A stretch of 64,000 nt of DNA from Candidatus Poribacteria bacterium. Lineage in GTDB: Bacteria; Poribacteria; WGA-4E; WGA-3G. The first letter of the stretch is position 1, and every line of letters begins with the position of its first letter. The stretch is taken from NCBI GenBank assembly GCA_965215265.1, contig OZ244048.1, positions 2,880,001 to 2,944,000 of the forward strand. The letters run 5' to 3'. The position numbers and the translations under genes are program-made. The notes beneath the pieces are model-generated. The model ran no database searches. It had not been told where the DNA came from and saw nothing but the letters and a program-made list of their open reading frames with translations. This document shows positions 9,008-20,715 of this stretch, piece by piece.

Positions 9008-10480
9008 TTAATACGCCCGAGCGAAAATTGCCTCTTCTTCTGCCCTCTGTGCGCAGACGACACATTCTCCAGTCCCGTCAGGTTGTGAGAGTGGGATGCA
9101 CCGGACAGTCGCCTGTGTCCCTGCTTTCACCGTATCTTCACATGCTGCGTCTCCACACCACCATGCGCGTGCAAAGCCGTCTTCAACAACTTCCTTGAAA
9201 GCCTCGTACGTTGAAGGTGCAAATGTATTCGCCTCACGGAATTCTGTCGTCCGTTTGAGCATGTCAGCGTGTATCGTGTCCAACATCTGATTCACTGTTT
9301 CCGGCAGGGTGTCAATTGGGACAAACGACTTGCCTTCACGCCCTGGAATATCTCGACGCGCAAGGACAACCTGATTCTTCTCAAGGTCTCGGGGGCCAAT
9401 TTCTATGCGTAACGGCACGCCTTTGAGTTCCCATTCGTTAAATCGCCACCCCGGCGAGTAGTCATGCCTGTCATCAACATGATAGCGAACCGCGTTTAAC
9501 TGCGTACAGATCGAGGAAACCGCTGTCATAACAGATTGCGTGTGCTCTGGCCGGTTTTTGGGGGTGATCGGAATGATGACGAGTTGTGTCGGGGCGAGGC
9601 GCGGTGGCAGTACTAACCCTTGGTCATCCCCGTGTGCCATGATAATCGCGCCAATCATGCGCGTGCTAACCCCCCAACTCGTTGTCCAACAGTATTGTTG
9701 CCGTTGATTCGCATCCAGATATTTAATCTCAAACGCCTTGGCGAAGTTCTGGGCGAGGTGGTGAGACGTTCCGGCTTGGAGTGCCCGCTTATCGCCCATC
9801 ATCGCCTCAATCGTGTAAGACGTTTCGGCACCGGGAAATTTTTCGCTTTCACTCTTACGTCCGGGAATGACAGGAATCGCTGCTTCATTGACAGCAAAGT
9901 CTGTGTAGAGTTGCAGGATCCGCAACGTCTCCTCTTCGGCTTCTGCGCGTGTAGCGTGTGCGGTATGCCCCTCCTGCCAGAAGAATTCCATCGTCCGCAG
10001 GAAAAGCCGTGTCCGTAACTCCCATCGTACGACGTTTGCCCATTGGTTAATGAGAACTGGCAAGTCACGATAAGACTTAATCCATTGGCTGTACATATAA
10101 CCGATGATGGTTTCTGAGGTGGGCCGAACAACAAGCGGTTCCTCTAATTTTTTACCGCCGCCGTGGGTAACAACAGCCAACTCGGGTTTGAAGCCTTCGA
10201 CGTGTTCTGCTTCCTTTTCAATAAAACTCATCGGAATAAACAGGGGGAACGCAGCGTTTTGGTGCCCGGTCGCTTTGAAACGGGTATCCAGTGCCTCCTT
10301 GACGTTCTCCCAGAGTGCATATCCGTACGGACGAACCACCATGCACCCCCGGACAGGTGCATAGTCTGCCATCTCCGCTTGGCGGATGACCTGCGTATAC
10401 CATTTTGCGTAGTCTTCACTACGAGGAACAATTTTATCAAACATGATTAAGTATTCTGTATTTCTGTTTAGTCCAGCCAT
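9008..10480 (-). CDS. proS: Proline--tRNA ligase (archaeal/eukaryote-like type)
   Basis: RPTSET, FLRTMEFFWQEGHT, QAGTSH, WGVSTR and a C-terminal Zn site. The start may be 10444. Confidence 0.96.
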   Translation of the reverse strand: MAGLNRNTEYLIMFDKIVPRSEDYAKWYTQVIRQAEMADYAPVRGCMVVRPYGYALWENVKEALDTRFKATGHQNAAFPLFIPMSFIEKEAEHVEGFKPELAVVTHGGGKKLEEPLVVRPTSETIIGYMYSQWIKSYRDLPVLINQWANVVRWELRTRLFLRTMEFFWQEGHTAHATRAEAEEETLRILQLYTDFAVNEAAIPVIPGRKSESEKFPGAETSYTIEAMMGDKRALQAGTSHHLAQNFAKAFEIKYLDANQRQQYCWTTSWGVSTRMIGAIIMAHGDDQGLVLPPRLAPTQLVIIPITPKNRPEHTQSVMTAVSSICTQLNAVRYHVDDRHDYSPGWRFNEWELKGVPLRIEIGPRDLEKNQVVLARRDIPGREGKSFVPIDTLPETVNQMLDTIHADMLKRTTEFREANTFAPSTYEAFKEVVEDGFARAWWCGDAACEDTVKAGTQATVRCIPLSQPDGTGECVVCAQRAEEEAIFARAY

Positions 10481-10555
10481 CCTATAGGATGAGGACTTGC
10501 GCGATTCAAGAGCGTCCAGTTTTGCACGCGTATATCCGTTATTTATCCGTTAATG

Positions 10556-11722
10556 TTATTTATCTGTTAAGGCAGTAATGCCGGGCAGCGATTTACCCTC
10601 CAAAAACTCCAAAGCAGCGCCGCCACCGGTTGAAATATGACTCATCCGGTCTGCAACCCCTGCGTTGTGGACCGCGGCAACACAGTCTCCCCCGCCAATG
10701 ATGCGAACTGCATCAGAAACCGCCGCAATCTCTCGCGCCACTGCCATCGTGCCTTTTGCGAATTTCTCAAACTCATACACACCTAAGGGCCCGTTCCAAA
10801 TCACTGTTTTAGCTTGCGCAATCCGCTTAGCAAACGCAGCAACAGTCTTGGGCCCGATATCCAATCCCATCCATCCGTCCGGCATATTCTCCCGTTCAAC
10901 TATCATAGATTCAGTATCGGGCACAAACTCCCTTCCAAGTACCGTGTCGACCGGTAGGCAGATGTTAGTTTGTTGAAGGAGGGACTTAGCAAGCGCAATG
11001 TTTGACAAATCAACGAGTGAGTTCCCGATGTTGTATCCCATTGCAGCGAAAAACGTATAAACCATCGCCCCCCCGATCAGTAGTTCGTCTACGTTTAGAA
11101 GCAGCTTCTCAATAAGAGCAATCTTGTCAGCAATCTTTGCTCCTCCCAGGATAGCGACATACGGACGTTCAGGGTTTTCAAGGCAGGTACTGAGATAATA
11201 GATTTCGCGTGCCATTAAGAGACCTGCAGCACAAGGGTTCAGATAGTGGGTTACCCCTTCTGTTGAAGCGTGCGCGCGATGCGCAGCCCCGAACGCATCG
11301 TTGATGTAAACATCTGCAAGCAGGGAGAGTTCCTGTGCAAAGTCTGCGTCGTTTTCTGTTTCCGCAGCATAAAAACGGACATTCTCAAGCAGCAGCACCT
11401 CACCGTTTTTCAACGCTGCTACACGCTTTTGAACCTTTTTACCAATACACTCACTCACATGCTGAACGCGCTGCCCAAGCCGCTGGCTCAAAACAACTGC
11501 AAGCGGTTCAGTAGAAAACTCGGGGGTTCGCCTTTCCGGGCGGCCTAAGTGGGTGACTAGGACAATTTTTGCATTCTGACGGATGAGTTCAAAGAGTGTT
11601 GGCAAAGCGGCAGTGATGCGGGTTTCATCTATAATCTTTCCATCCACCATCGGCACATTGAAGTCAACACGCACTAGAACCCGCTTACCAGTGACATCAA
11701 TATCACTTAATTCAAGTTTCAT
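10556..11722 (-). CDS. pgk: Phosphoglycerate kinase
   Basis: [35 protein letters not shown]. Confidence 0.97.
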   Translation of the reverse strand: MKLELSDIDVTGKRVLVRVDFNVPMVDGKIIDETRITAALPTLFELIRQNAKIVLVTHLGRPERRTPEFSTEPLAVVLSQRLGQRVQHVSECIGKKVQKRVAALKNGEVLLLENVRFYAAETENDADFAQELSLLADVYINDAFGAAHRAHASTEGVTHYLNPCAAGLLMAREIYYLSTCLENPERPYVAILGGAKIADKIALIEKLLLNVDELLIGGAMVYTFFAAMGYNIGNSLVDLSNIALAKSLLQQTNICLPVDTVLGREFVPDTESMIVERENMPDGWMGLDIGPKTVAAFAKRIAQAKTVIWNGPLGVYEFEKFAKGTMAVAREIAAVSDAVRIIGGGDCVAAVHNAGVADRMSHISTGGGAALEFLEGKSLPGITALTDK

Positions 11723-11732
11723 GCAGTTCCTC

Positions 11733-12923
11733 TTACCCACCGCTGGCGCGCGCAGCAGATACAACGAGCGATGCGGCTTCTGAAAGCCCATCTGCGGACT
11801 TAACGTTCAAATCCGAATCGGCGATAATCTGTTTGCCCAACTCCACGTTTGTCCCCTCTAATCGAACAACAAGCGGCACCTTAATCGCAACCTGCTTGCC
11901 AGCCTCAACGATACCGTTCGCAATCGTATCACATTTCATGATGCCCCCAAAAATGTTAACCAAAACGGCCTTAACCTGCTCATCGCCGAGAATCAAGCGA
12001 AAAGCGTGTGCCACAGCTTCCGTAGAGGCCCCTCCACCGACATCCAAGAAGTTTGCAGGCGCGCCTCCGTGCTGTTTGATAATGTCCATTGTCGCCATAG
12101 CGAGCCCTGCACCGTTCACCATACACCCAATATCACCATCAAGATGAATGTAACTCAATCCGGATTCGCTTGCCTCTAATTCGCGAACATCTTCCTCTGA
12201 CGGGTCGCGCATTGCAGCCAACTCTGGATGCCGCCAAAGCGCATTGTCGTCAAGGTTCACCTTAGAATCGATCATTGCAATGTCCAACCCAGTCGATGTT
12301 TTTACAATCGCCAACGGATTAATCTCTATCAAGGAACAATCACACGAGGTAAACGCACTGTACAAAGATAAGATTAGCTCTGCCGCCTTCAGAATTACTT
12401 CGCGATACGCTTCACCGGTGATAAGCTCATACGCAAACTTCCGGGCTTGAAATGGAGTCAACCCGAACGCTGGGTCAATTTGCATCCTAATAATCTTTTC
12501 AGGCGTTTCTGCCGCAACTGCTTCAATGTCAACACCGCCTTCCGCACTACCGATGAGCGCAAGCCGCGATGTTTCTCTATCAACCAAGATGGCTAGGTAG
12601 AACTCTTTCTCCAATTCTACAGCTTCAGTGACAAGCACCTTCCGGACAAGTTTTCCTTCAGGTCCAGTCTGCGGTGTGACCAGTTGCATTCCGAGGATAG
12701 CTTCCGCGCGTTCCATCACTTCCGCAGGACTTTTGGCGAGTTTGATGCCCCCACCTTTTCCACGTCCGCCTGCGTGGATTTGTGCTTTCACAACGTACGC
12801 AGAACAGTTGAGCTCACATGCTATCGCCTGAGCTTCAGCCGGAGTCGAAGCAACTCCGCCGGGGGGCGTGCTGACACCGTAAGATTGCAAAATTTCTTTA
12901 GCTTGATATTCGTGGATATTCAT
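11733..12923 (-). CDS. sucC: Succinyl-CoA synthetase beta subunit
   Basis: [35 protein letters not shown]. Confidence 0.97.
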   Translation of the reverse strand: MNIHEYQAKEILQSYGVSTPPGGVASTPAEAQAIACELNCSAYVVKAQIHAGGRGKGGGIKLAKSPAEVMERAEAILGMQLVTPQTGPEGKLVRKVLVTEAVELEKEFYLAILVDRETSRLALIGSAEGGVDIEAVAAETPEKIIRMQIDPAFGLTPFQARKFAYELITGEAYREVILKAAELILSLYSAFTSCDCSLIEINPLAIVKTSTGLDIAMIDSKVNLDDNALWRHPELAAMRDPSEEDVRELEASESGLSYIHLDGDIGCMVNGAGLAMATMDIIKQHGGAPANFLDVGGGASTEAVAHAFRLILGDEQVKAVLVNIFGGIMKCDTIANGIVEAGKQVAIKVPLVVRLEGTNVELGKQIIADSDLNVKSADGLSEAASLVVSAARASGG

Positions 12924-13566
12924 TATCTTTTCGGGTAATTGGATTATGAACCATGAAGGTTCAGCTGCGATATTCTTATAAAGTGTGGCCTTTTTTTAGA
13001 AATTATACTATATACCAACGCTGATTGCAAATTTTTCTCAAAATGCCAATAGAGCTTCTTTTTCTTTCGCGAGTGTTCCTATAGTCGAGCAAACTCCGGA
13101 TTGCGATACGCCCTTCTTTCGCATCAAGGTCGGTATTCGAGCGATTCATCGTCCATCCAGCGTGGGATGAATCTCCAGCCTGCGATCGCCTTTTCAGGGC
13201 TGTGCGATCGAGTTTCGTATAGAGATACGTCATTGTCTCAATTAGAAGTTTCAGAATTTAGATATGGACAGGATAAGAGCGGTTTATGTCGTCATGTATT
13301 CTATAAACATTGCGTGTTGCCTCGAAAAGCAAGATAGTAGCGAGCTCTAGCTCGTGATACGCCGCTTGGCTCCCCGAGAAGCCCATACGCGCTTCCCTGG
13401 ATTCTGATTCTGCGCGTTCACCATTGCTTCGGGACTAGATGTTTTACATAAAACCCGATAGCACAAGTATTTCATCGATCGAGGCGCTATCACATAAATA
13501 CGCAATAATTGTCCAAAACTGAATGCAGATTAGCAAATAATTGTCCAAATTTTCAGTAAAAAGAGA

Positions 13567-13596
13567 TTGACAATCTATGCCATAACTTGGTATAAT
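13567..13596 (+). promoter_or_regulatory. Sigma-70 promoter
   Basis: TTGACA-18-TATAAT with extended TG. The direct repeat ATAATTGTCCAAA occurs twice just upstream. Confidence 0.7.
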
Positions 13597-13690
13597 CTTA
13601 TTGCAATGCAAGCATATTTGAAGGCAGACCCGAAAAAAACTCGCGCAGCGTTAAAACGCTAAGTTAGTTTACAATACAAAGAGATAAAAA

Positions 13691-14521
13691 ATGAAACTCT
13701 CTTGTCTTCCTGTTTCACTGTACAACGACATTTTCACAGGGAAACGCACCGTGCTCGATTGGATCCAGTTGGGTTCAGAACTCGGGCTGGATGGTGTAGA
13801 TTTTAGCATCAAATTCTTTTCACACGGCGATGCGAAAACACTAAATCAAACGTGCGATGCCCTCCAAAGATATGGAATAACTCCGTGCATGCTCGCTTGT
13901 TATTCCGATTTCACGCACCCCGATTCGACACAACGCGAGGCAGAACTTAGACAACTCAAGTCAGACATCGCATTGGCGAAAGAATTAGACGCGAAATTCG
14001 TGCGAATTACTGCTGGGCAAAAACATCCGGGTATCCGTCGCACCGAAGCCATCCAATGGGTAATCGAAGGATTTCGGCTCGCGCTTGACGAAGCCGACCG
14101 TCACAGCATCACTCTCGCTTATGAAAACCACACCAAAGGTGCACCGTGGCAATATTGGGATTTCTCACAACGGACAGAGATTTTCCTCCAGATCGTGGAT
14201 GCCCTCTCGGACACGCCGCTTGGCATCTGCTTTGACACAGCCAACCCACTCGTCCTAGATGAAGATGTCCTCGCACTCCTTGACAAAGTCATCGAACGGA
14301 TTGTGGTGCTTCACATTTTCGATCTGCGCAAAGTTGGTGTCTTTGAACCTGTGCGTGTAGGTACTGGAGCATCACCGATTCCACAAATCCTCGCCCGAAT
14401 GATAGCATCAAACTATGATGGCTGGCTTAGTATTGAAGAAGCCAGCAATTTAGGACATGAGGGTTTTACCGAATCTATCGCGTTCGTTAAAGCAGCATGG
14501 CAAAACGCATTATCCGCGTGA
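13691..14521 (+). CDS. Sugar phosphate isomerase/epimerase (xylose-isomerase-like TIM barrel)
   Basis: LAYENH, ICFDTAN, LHIFD, YDGWLSIE. Confidence 0.85.
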   Translation: MKLSCLPVSLYNDIFTGKRTVLDWIQLGSELGLDGVDFSIKFFSHGDAKTLNQTCDALQRYGITPCMLACYSDFTHPDSTQREAELRQLKSDIALAKELDAKFVRITAGQKHPGIRRTEAIQWVIEGFRLALDEADRHSITLAYENHTKGAPWQYWDFSQRTEIFLQIVDALSDTPLGICFDTANPLVLDEDVLALLDKVIERIVVLHIFDLRKVGVFEPVRVGTGASPIPQILARMIASNYDGWLSIEEASNLGHEGFTESIAFVKAAWQNALSA

Positions 14522-15367
14522 CGGTTCACTCATCCGCTTCTGCGCCTGCTGTGACAGCGCCGCAAGATGCCCATCGTTTGCCCTCACCTGTTCAAGGTGT
14601 ATCTGCCGTTCTGGAGTCGCCGTGCGTACCATCTTCTCTCCATATTTCCGGTCAATCCAGAACCGTGCAGAACCAGCAATGTAGGCTTGCAGCGCATCTA
14701 GCTTCTCATCAGGATACCGCTCACAGAGATTTATCGTGAACATACGCCGCCGGGTGCCACCGCCGAAAGCAGCGTGCTTGGTGTTATGGTTAAACAAGAC
14801 TAGATCGCCGGGGGTTGTCTCAAACACCATGGCAGGTAAATCTTTCCCAGCTATTTCCCATATCTCTTGGCTCTTCGCGATCTGCCGTGAGAGTGCATCG
14901 GCGTAGTTATCGCTGAACAGATGGCTCCCTGGAATGACACGTAGTGCCCCCGTTTCACACGTGAGCGGATCGAGGTAGAAGGCAATCTTAATGTGCATCG
15001 GATCTTCGAGTTTATGCCCACCGTCCGAGTGCCATCCGGTATCACCTACGTAGAAATTGCCGTCGCTACCCATGTAGTTGAAATCATCACCGAGCAGCCC
15101 CTTGGCAATCGCCAGAATACGCGGATCGTCAAGCAGAGAACACAATTCCTCACTCTGATCTATGAACGGCACAATGCACGAACGCGCTGTCCCTTCGTGC
15201 GGTTTACCGTTATGCCCACCGCCACGCTCGGACCAGACAGCTTCAAACGCCTCCTGAATCTTTCCAATCCGGTCTGCCATTAACTGTGGAAAACTGAGAT
15301 ACCCGAACGTCTTGAAAAAACTAATCTCTGAATCAGTAAGGGTGAAGTTATGTTGATTCATCTCCAC
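14510..15367 (-). CDS. Phytanoyl-CoA dioxygenase (PhyH) family protein
   Basis: WHSD, GALRVIPGSH, PGDLVLFNHNTKHA. Confidence 0.88.
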   Translation of the reverse strand: MEMNQHNFTLTDSEISFFKTFGYLSFPQLMADRIGKIQEAFEAVWSERGGGHNGKPHEGTARSCIVPFIDQSEELCSLLDDPRILAIAKGLLGDDFNYMGSDGNFYVGDTGWHSDGGHKLEDPMHIKIAFYLDPLTCETGALRVIPGSHLFSDNYADALSRQIAKSQEIWEIAGKDLPAMVFETTPGDLVLFNHNTKHAAFGGGTRRRMFTINLCERYPDEKLDALQAYIAGSARFWIDRKYGEKMVRTATPERQIHLEQVRANDGHLAALSQQAQKRMSEPSRG

Positions 15368-15460
15368 GTCCCTCCTTTAAAATTGATACCTGTATTGTAT
15401 CATATCTATCATTAATTTCCTAATTCTACGTCCTAAACAGACATACGCAGCAAAATATTT

Positions 15461-15489
15461 TTGACAAAAGGCTGAAATTACATTATAAT
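15461..15489 (+). promoter_or_regulatory. Consensus sigma-70 promoter upstream of uvrB
   Basis: TTGACA-17-TATAAT. Confidence 0.75.
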
Positions 15490-15830
15490 ACGATTTGTGC
15501 TAGTTCGTTTTTTTCTGTTATCTACTATTTGAGAGATTGACGGTTTGATTGACTCTGAATTAGAGTATCCGTTAGCAGCAGCGGTGCCACAGAAAAATAA
15601 ACCACGTACCTTTCAGAACGTTGCCGGTGTTTGCCAGAACATCAGGAAAACGCTTTATGAGACTGAATTTCCAAAAGCAGCGGCGCGCTGGCTTCCATCC
15701 GCCGCTGCCTTGATAGCGGATTCTCACGATTGCTTGGTGCCTTGAACTCACTAGAAAGATGAGTGAACTCGCAGGCGATAAGTTTATCTAAGCAGTCCTC
15801 AGCACCCTAGAGAAAAAAAGGAATACAAGG

Positions 15831-17870
15831 ATGCGAGAAAAAATAAAGCACATTGTCAATGACAGTGGAGAACTATCGTTTTCCCCATTTGAGCTCCTTT
15901 CGGATTTCACGCCACAAGGCGATCAGCCGCAAGCGATAGCTAAGCTCACAGACGGGCTCCAGCAGGACGAAAGGGCGCAAACGCTTCTCGGTGTGACAGG
16001 TTCTGGGAAAACCTATACGATGGCGAATTTGATTCAGAACGTTCAACGTCCAACGCTTATCATTTCCCCGAATAAGACACTCGCTGCACAACTTTACAAT
16101 GAATTCCGCACATTTTTCCCAAATAATGCTGTGCACTACTTCGTCAGTGATTACGAGTACTACCAACCGGAGGCGTACATTCCATCAACAGACACATATA
16201 TTGAGAAGGATGTTCGGATTAACGAGGAGATTACGCGGATGCGGCTCGCCTCAACGGCATCCTTAATGTCGCGTCGTGATGTGATTATTGTCGCCAGTGT
16301 CTCTTGTCTATACGGGCTCGGCTCTCCAGATGAATTTGATGGACAGAAAATTGACGTTGAAATAGGGCAGATTATCCGCCGAGACCGTTTCCTGCGGGAG
16401 TTGGTGGATATCCAGTATGCACGCAACGATGTTGAATTCTGGCAAGGCACGTTCCGTGCACGCGGTGATGTAATAGAGGTGTTTCCTGCCTACGCGGAAA
16501 GCGCGTATCGCATTGAATTATTCGGTGACGAAGTGGATAGAATCTCCCAAATTGACACGACAACCGGCGAGGTCGTTGCAAAATTGGATTCCGTAGAGAT
16601 TTATCCTGCGAAACATTTCATGACCGATGCGGAAATCTTTGACGAGGCGTTGATTAACATTGAGCTTGAACTTCAAGAACGGATTGAAGAATTTAAGAGC
16701 GAGAACAAACTCTTGGAAGCACAACGGATTGAACAACGCACCCGTTTTGACTTGGAAATGCTAAGGGAGGTCGGGTATTGCTCAGGTATTGAAAACTACT
16801 CGCGCCACCTTTCTGGATTACAACCCGGCGAGCCCCCCTACTGTCTCATCAACTACTTTCCGGAGGATTTTCTGCTGTTTATTGATGAGTCGCATGTAAC
16901 TATTCCGCAATTGCGGGGCATGTATCGCGGCGACCGGTCGCGAAAGGAGACACTCGTCAATTATGGGTTTCGTCTACCTTCAGCGTTAGATAACCGTCCG
17001 CTCCGGTTTGAAGAAGTCGAAGCATGTTTTAACCACGTTATCTTCGTTTCGGCGACACCAGGCACGTATGAAATAGAAAACAGCAGTCGAATCGTTGAGC
17101 AGCTGATCCGTCCTACTGGATTAATAGACCCAGAAATTATTATCCATCCTGTGAAAGGTCAGATCGACCATCTCATTGGAAAAATTAGAGAACGTGTGAA
17201 GCAGAAACAGCGGGTCCTGGTAACAACCTTGACGAAAAGAATGGCAGAAGATTTAACGGAATACTTTACTGAGGCAGGTGTCCGCGCTAATTATATGCAT
17301 TCTGAAATTGATGTATTCGATCGTGCTAGAATTCTCCGTGAACTTCGCGAAGGCGTATTTGATGTGCTTGTAGGTATCAACCTGCTTCGCGAAGGACTTG
17401 ACCTGCCGGAAGTCTCACTCGTTGCAATTTTAGATGCTGACAGACCTGGATTTCTCAGGTCGGTGAAATCATTGGTGCAAACTGCCGGACGCGCTGCACG
17501 GAACGTTGATGGCGAAGTGCTTCTATACGGTGATAGCATGACTGACGCAATGAAAGAGGCAATAAAGGAAACCAGCCGACGGCGGGACGCACAGATGAAA
17601 TATAACACCGAGCACAATATCACACCAGCGACGATTGAAAAAGCAATTCAAGAATTAATCTCTGAATCAACGGTTGAATACGAAGCGAAGAAAAAACCGA
17701 GTCAACCTGTTACTGTTGCTGAGGACGCGGAACGTGAAGACATTGAATCCATGATTGCAGAATTAACTCGACAGATGCAAAAAGCCGCAATGAATCTAGA
17801 ATTTGAGGAAGCTGCTGCACTTCGCGACCAGATTGTAGAACTTCAGAATGAGATAACCGAGGCATCATGA
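15831..17870 (+). CDS. uvrB: Excinuclease ABC subunit B
   Basis: GVTGSGKT, YYQPEAY, DESH, GINLLREGLD and a C-terminal UVR domain. Confidence 0.98.
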   Translation: MREKIKHIVNDSGELSFSPFELLSDFTPQGDQPQAIAKLTDGLQQDERAQTLLGVTGSGKTYTMANLIQNVQRPTLIISPNKTLAAQLYNEFRTFFPNNAVHYFVSDYEYYQPEAYIPSTDTYIEKDVRINEEITRMRLASTASLMSRRDVIIVASVSCLYGLGSPDEFDGQKIDVEIGQIIRRDRFLRELVDIQYARNDVEFWQGTFRARGDVIEVFPAYAESAYRIELFGDEVDRISQIDTTTGEVVAKLDSVEIYPAKHFMTDAEIFDEALINIELELQERIEEFKSENKLLEAQRIEQRTRFDLEMLREVGYCSGIENYSRHLSGLQPGEPPYCLINYFPEDFLLFIDESHVTIPQLRGMYRGDRSRKETLVNYGFRLPSALDNRPLRFEEVEACFNHVIFVSATPGTYEIENSSRIVEQLIRPTGLIDPEIIIHPVKGQIDHLIGKIRERVKQKQRVLVTTLTKRMAEDLTEYFTEAGVRANYMHSEIDVFDRARILRELREGVFDVLVGINLLREGLDLPEVSLVAILDADRPGFLRSVKSLVQTAGRAARNVDGEVLLYGDSMTDAMKEAIKETSRRRDAQMKYNTEHNITPATIEKAIQELISESTVEYEAKKKPSQPVTVAEDAEREDIESMIAELTRQMQKAAMNLEFEEAAALRDQIVELQNEITEAS

Positions 17871-17925
17871 AAGTAACCTATGTTTGCATAGATGCAGTGG
17901 GACTAACCACAAAAGGCAGAAAAAA

Positions 17926-18612
17926 ATGAAACGTTTCTTGCAACTCAGCCGTCCAATAATCTCTACTGTCGATATGAGTCGTGTTGTGATTCTAACGTCA
18001 GCGTTAATGTTAGGCTTACAGTCTTGTGCGCTAAGAACTGACATTCCTATGCAAGAAATGTCAGTTCTTGAAGTGACATTAGCAGTTCAGGATATCATAA
18101 ACGGCAATAGTATTGGACAAGTCATGGAGGCTTTGGCAGGAGCAGACGACGGCGGCATTGAGTGCAACGGGATGCTTTCATCGGGTGCTTTCCGCAGTAT
18201 TGGCTATTTTTTCGCAGAAGAAGACAGAGTGACTTGGAATGTTATGCCAGCGCCAGATTTCAAGGTGAATCCGACCGAAACCTCCTACTTTGTTGTTAGA
18301 ATTCGGGCCGCATCTAAAATCCTTTACGAACATTTAGAGAGCAAGGTTAAGCTGGGTGAACGTGATGCCTCAGGTCATCAGACATTCGGCGATTCGCTCG
18401 CTAGTACCTTTGTGCTTAATCTCATGAGCGCTGTTGAAAACGAAGGTTTTGAAGCGACTGTTGTGGGAATTGGGCTCGCTTACATACAAGAAAAAAAATC
18501 TACTTTTTGGCGTTCACAAGAGCGAATTAAATCTGAAAAGTCTTGGTTTGTTGCCATCCCTGATGACTCTGAAAACTCGCAAGATTATTGGCTGAGTGAC
18601 ACTAAAGAATGA
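17926..18612 (+). CDS. Hypothetical lipoprotein, distant homolog of the Cys-less HMA-like proteins at 31000 and 47001
   Basis: Lipobox-like LQSC. VTLAVQDI..VMEAL, FKVNPTETSYF and AVENEGFEATV align with the paralogs. Start uncertain. Confidence 0.6.
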   Translation: MKRFLQLSRPIISTVDMSRVVILTSALMLGLQSCALRTDIPMQEMSVLEVTLAVQDIINGNSIGQVMEALAGADDGGIECNGMLSSGAFRSIGYFFAEEDRVTWNVMPAPDFKVNPTETSYFVVRIRAASKILYEHLESKVKLGERDASGHQTFGDSLASTFVLNLMSAVENEGFEATVVGIGLAYIQEKKSTFWRSQERIKSEKSWFVAIPDDSENSQDYWLSDTKE

Positions 18613-18715
18613 AAATAGAAGATTTCTGACTGCGAATTAAATTTCTTGCATTTAGTAACAGTCTTCTGGTACAATTGGAACATCATGAATTTTGTTTAAA
18701 AGGGAGGAATTCGCA

Positions 18716-18973
18716 ATGTTTGTTTGTGTAGCATGCGGTTATCTGTGGAAGGAAGCGGATAGTCCACCAGATGAGTGTCCGGCTTGCACTGCACCGAAGG
18801 AAAAATATATTCCGTACGATGATAAGGCTGAACGATGGGTTAAACGCGCAGTGGCGCAACATGTGATGTATCCGGACGAGGAAGGCGCGGACCTTCGCGC
18901 GGAGAATTCTGCACTTTCATCGCACGTCCGATTCGCCTTAGTCGGTTTACTTGAAGATCTCAAGAAAGCGTGA
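18716..18973 (+). CDS. Rubredoxin-like small protein
   Basis: GGAGG RBS and CVACGY..ECPAC. Confidence 0.8.
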   Translation: MFVCVACGYLWKEADSPPDECPACTAPKEKYIPYDDKAERWVKRAVAQHVMYPDEEGADLRAENSALSSHVRFALVGLLEDLKKA

Positions 18974-18975
18974 TA

Positions 18976-19005
18976 AGTAGGTGGCTTTTGTGCTGCCTAT
19001 TTTTT
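18976..19005 (+). terminator. Intrinsic terminator
   Basis: TAGGTGGC..GCTGCCTA followed by a T-tract. Confidence 0.65.
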
Positions 19006-19197
19006 GCAAGGTTCCAGTAACCTTGCTTCGTCGAATCGGTGACTTCCAACTTTTGTACAAACACGGGCGGACAAGGGGATTTAATATACCTCAACCCGCC
19101 CCTTACACAAAGAAAGGAGGCGGTATTTATGTTGCCCTTTGAGTGATGTAGTACCAGACTTGCACATCATAAGGCTACAAAATGCCGCGAATATACA

Positions 19198-20715
19198 ATG
19201 AAAAAGATAACAAAATGGCTGGTGCTCCTATTATTAGTGGCTTGGCACGGCGGGGTTTCAGCACAAAATTTGGCGGATCGGGTAGTAGAGCATACCTACC
19301 CGAACGGTTTGAAATTGCTAATGATAGAACGACATACATCGCCAACAGTCGCACCGTATCTCCTGTTTAAGGCAGGTTCTGTGGATGAAACCGACGACGC
19401 ACGTGGTATTGCACACATGCTGGAGCACATGTTGTTCAAAGGCACGAAAACAATCGGAACGAAAGACTACGAAAAAGAAAAGGTGATTCTTGCTGAGATT
19501 GACCGGATAGGGGACGCGCTGGACCTTGAACGTTCAAAAGGGGACAGAGCTGATGCTGCTAAAATAGAGAAATTAGAATCAGCACTCAAAGCACAGCAGG
19601 AAGCCGCCAAAGAGTGGATTGTTACTGGTGAATATACCGAAATTTATACCCAACACGGTAGCACGGGGTTCAACGCTGGCACCTCAGTTGACTATACGAT
19701 TTACACGGTCGAGCTGCCGTCTAATAGGTTAGAATTGTGGGCGATGTTGGAATCTGATCGGATTAAAAATGCTGTTTTACGCGAATTTTATGTGGAGCGC
19801 GAGGCTGTTAAAGAAGAACGGCGGATGCGAGTTGACACGCGTCCTGGCGGGAAACTGTATGAACAGTTTATAGCTGCTGCCTTTACCGCACATCCCTATG
19901 GTATGCCGATTATTGGATGGCCGTCAGACATCGCGATGCTCAATCGACGGAAAGCGGAGGAGTTTTTCCGCATCCACTACGCACCCAATAATTCTGTGAT
20001 GGTGATCGTCGGCGATATTAACATAGACAAAACCATCAAATTGATTGAGAAGTACTTTGGTGATATCCCCTCACAACCGCTCCCGGATGAAGTGACGGTA
20101 GATGAGCCACGACAAGAAGGCGAACGGCGAATTGAGGTAGAATTTGACGCGGAATCGCAACTGATGATTGGGTATCATAAACCTACTATACCACATTTTG
20201 ACGACTATGTGTTAGATATGATCAGTGCGATCCTTTCTGATGGGCGTACTTCCCGTTTTTACAAAAATATCGTTGAAGAGGGCATCGCTGTTTCGGCTAA
20301 TGCCATCAACGGATACCCTGGGGCTCGTTACAATAATCTATTTGTGTTAAATGCGACACCGCGTTCTCCGCACACAACAGTTGATGTTGAAGAAGTTATT
20401 TATGCACAGATGGAGAGACTTAAGACGGAACCTGTTGAAGCGAAGGAATTTAAACGCATCCTGAAACAGGTGGATGCCGGGTTCATACGTGGGCTCAGTT
20501 CAAACGCCGGGATGGCACAGCAGTTAGCCTTTTATGAAGGTATCGCTGGTGACTGGCGGTACATCCTCAATTGGCGCGAAATGATGTACAAAATCACACC
20601 GGAAGATGTGATGAAAGTGGCAAAAACTTATTTTACAAAGAGCAATCGCACCGTCGGGACACTCGTTAAGAAACAGGCGGAGCGTACTCCTGAAACTGAG
20701 GAGGTTCATGAATGA
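19198..20715 (+). CDS. M16B zinc peptidase, catalytic subunit (secreted)
   Basis: Signal peptide, inverted HxxEH motif (HMLEH), NAGT, HPYGMPIIG. Confidence 0.93.
   Translation: MKKITKWLVLLLLVAWHGGVSAQNLADRVVEHTYPNGLKLLMIERHTSPTVAPYLLFKAGSVDETDDARGIAHMLEHMLFKGTKTIGTKDYEKEKVILAEIDRIGDALDLERSKGDRADAAKIEKLESALKAQQEAAKEWIVTGEYTEIYTQHGSTGFNAGTSVDYTIYTVELPSNRLELWAMLESDRIKNAVLREFYVEREAVKEERRMRVDTRPGGKLYEQFIAAAFTAHPYGMPIIGWPSDIAMLNRRKAEEFFRIHYAPNNSVMVIVGDINIDKTIKLIEKYFGDIPSQPLPDEVTVDEPRQEGERRIEVEFDAESQLMIGYHKPTIPHFDDYVLDMISAILSDGRTSRFYKNIVEEGIAVSANAINGYPGARYNNLFVLNATPRSPHTTVDVEEVIYAQMERLKTEPVEAKEFKRILKQVDAGFIRGLSSNAGMAQQLAFYEGIAGDWRYILNWREMMYKITPEDVMKVAKTYFTKSNRTVGTLVKKQAERTPETEEVHE

Noticed and set aside
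12960-13500. Short ORFs between sucC and the isomerase, and the many antisense ORFs over housekeeping genes
   Set aside because: They have no RBS or recognisable motifs, and are best explained as shadows or decayed sequence.
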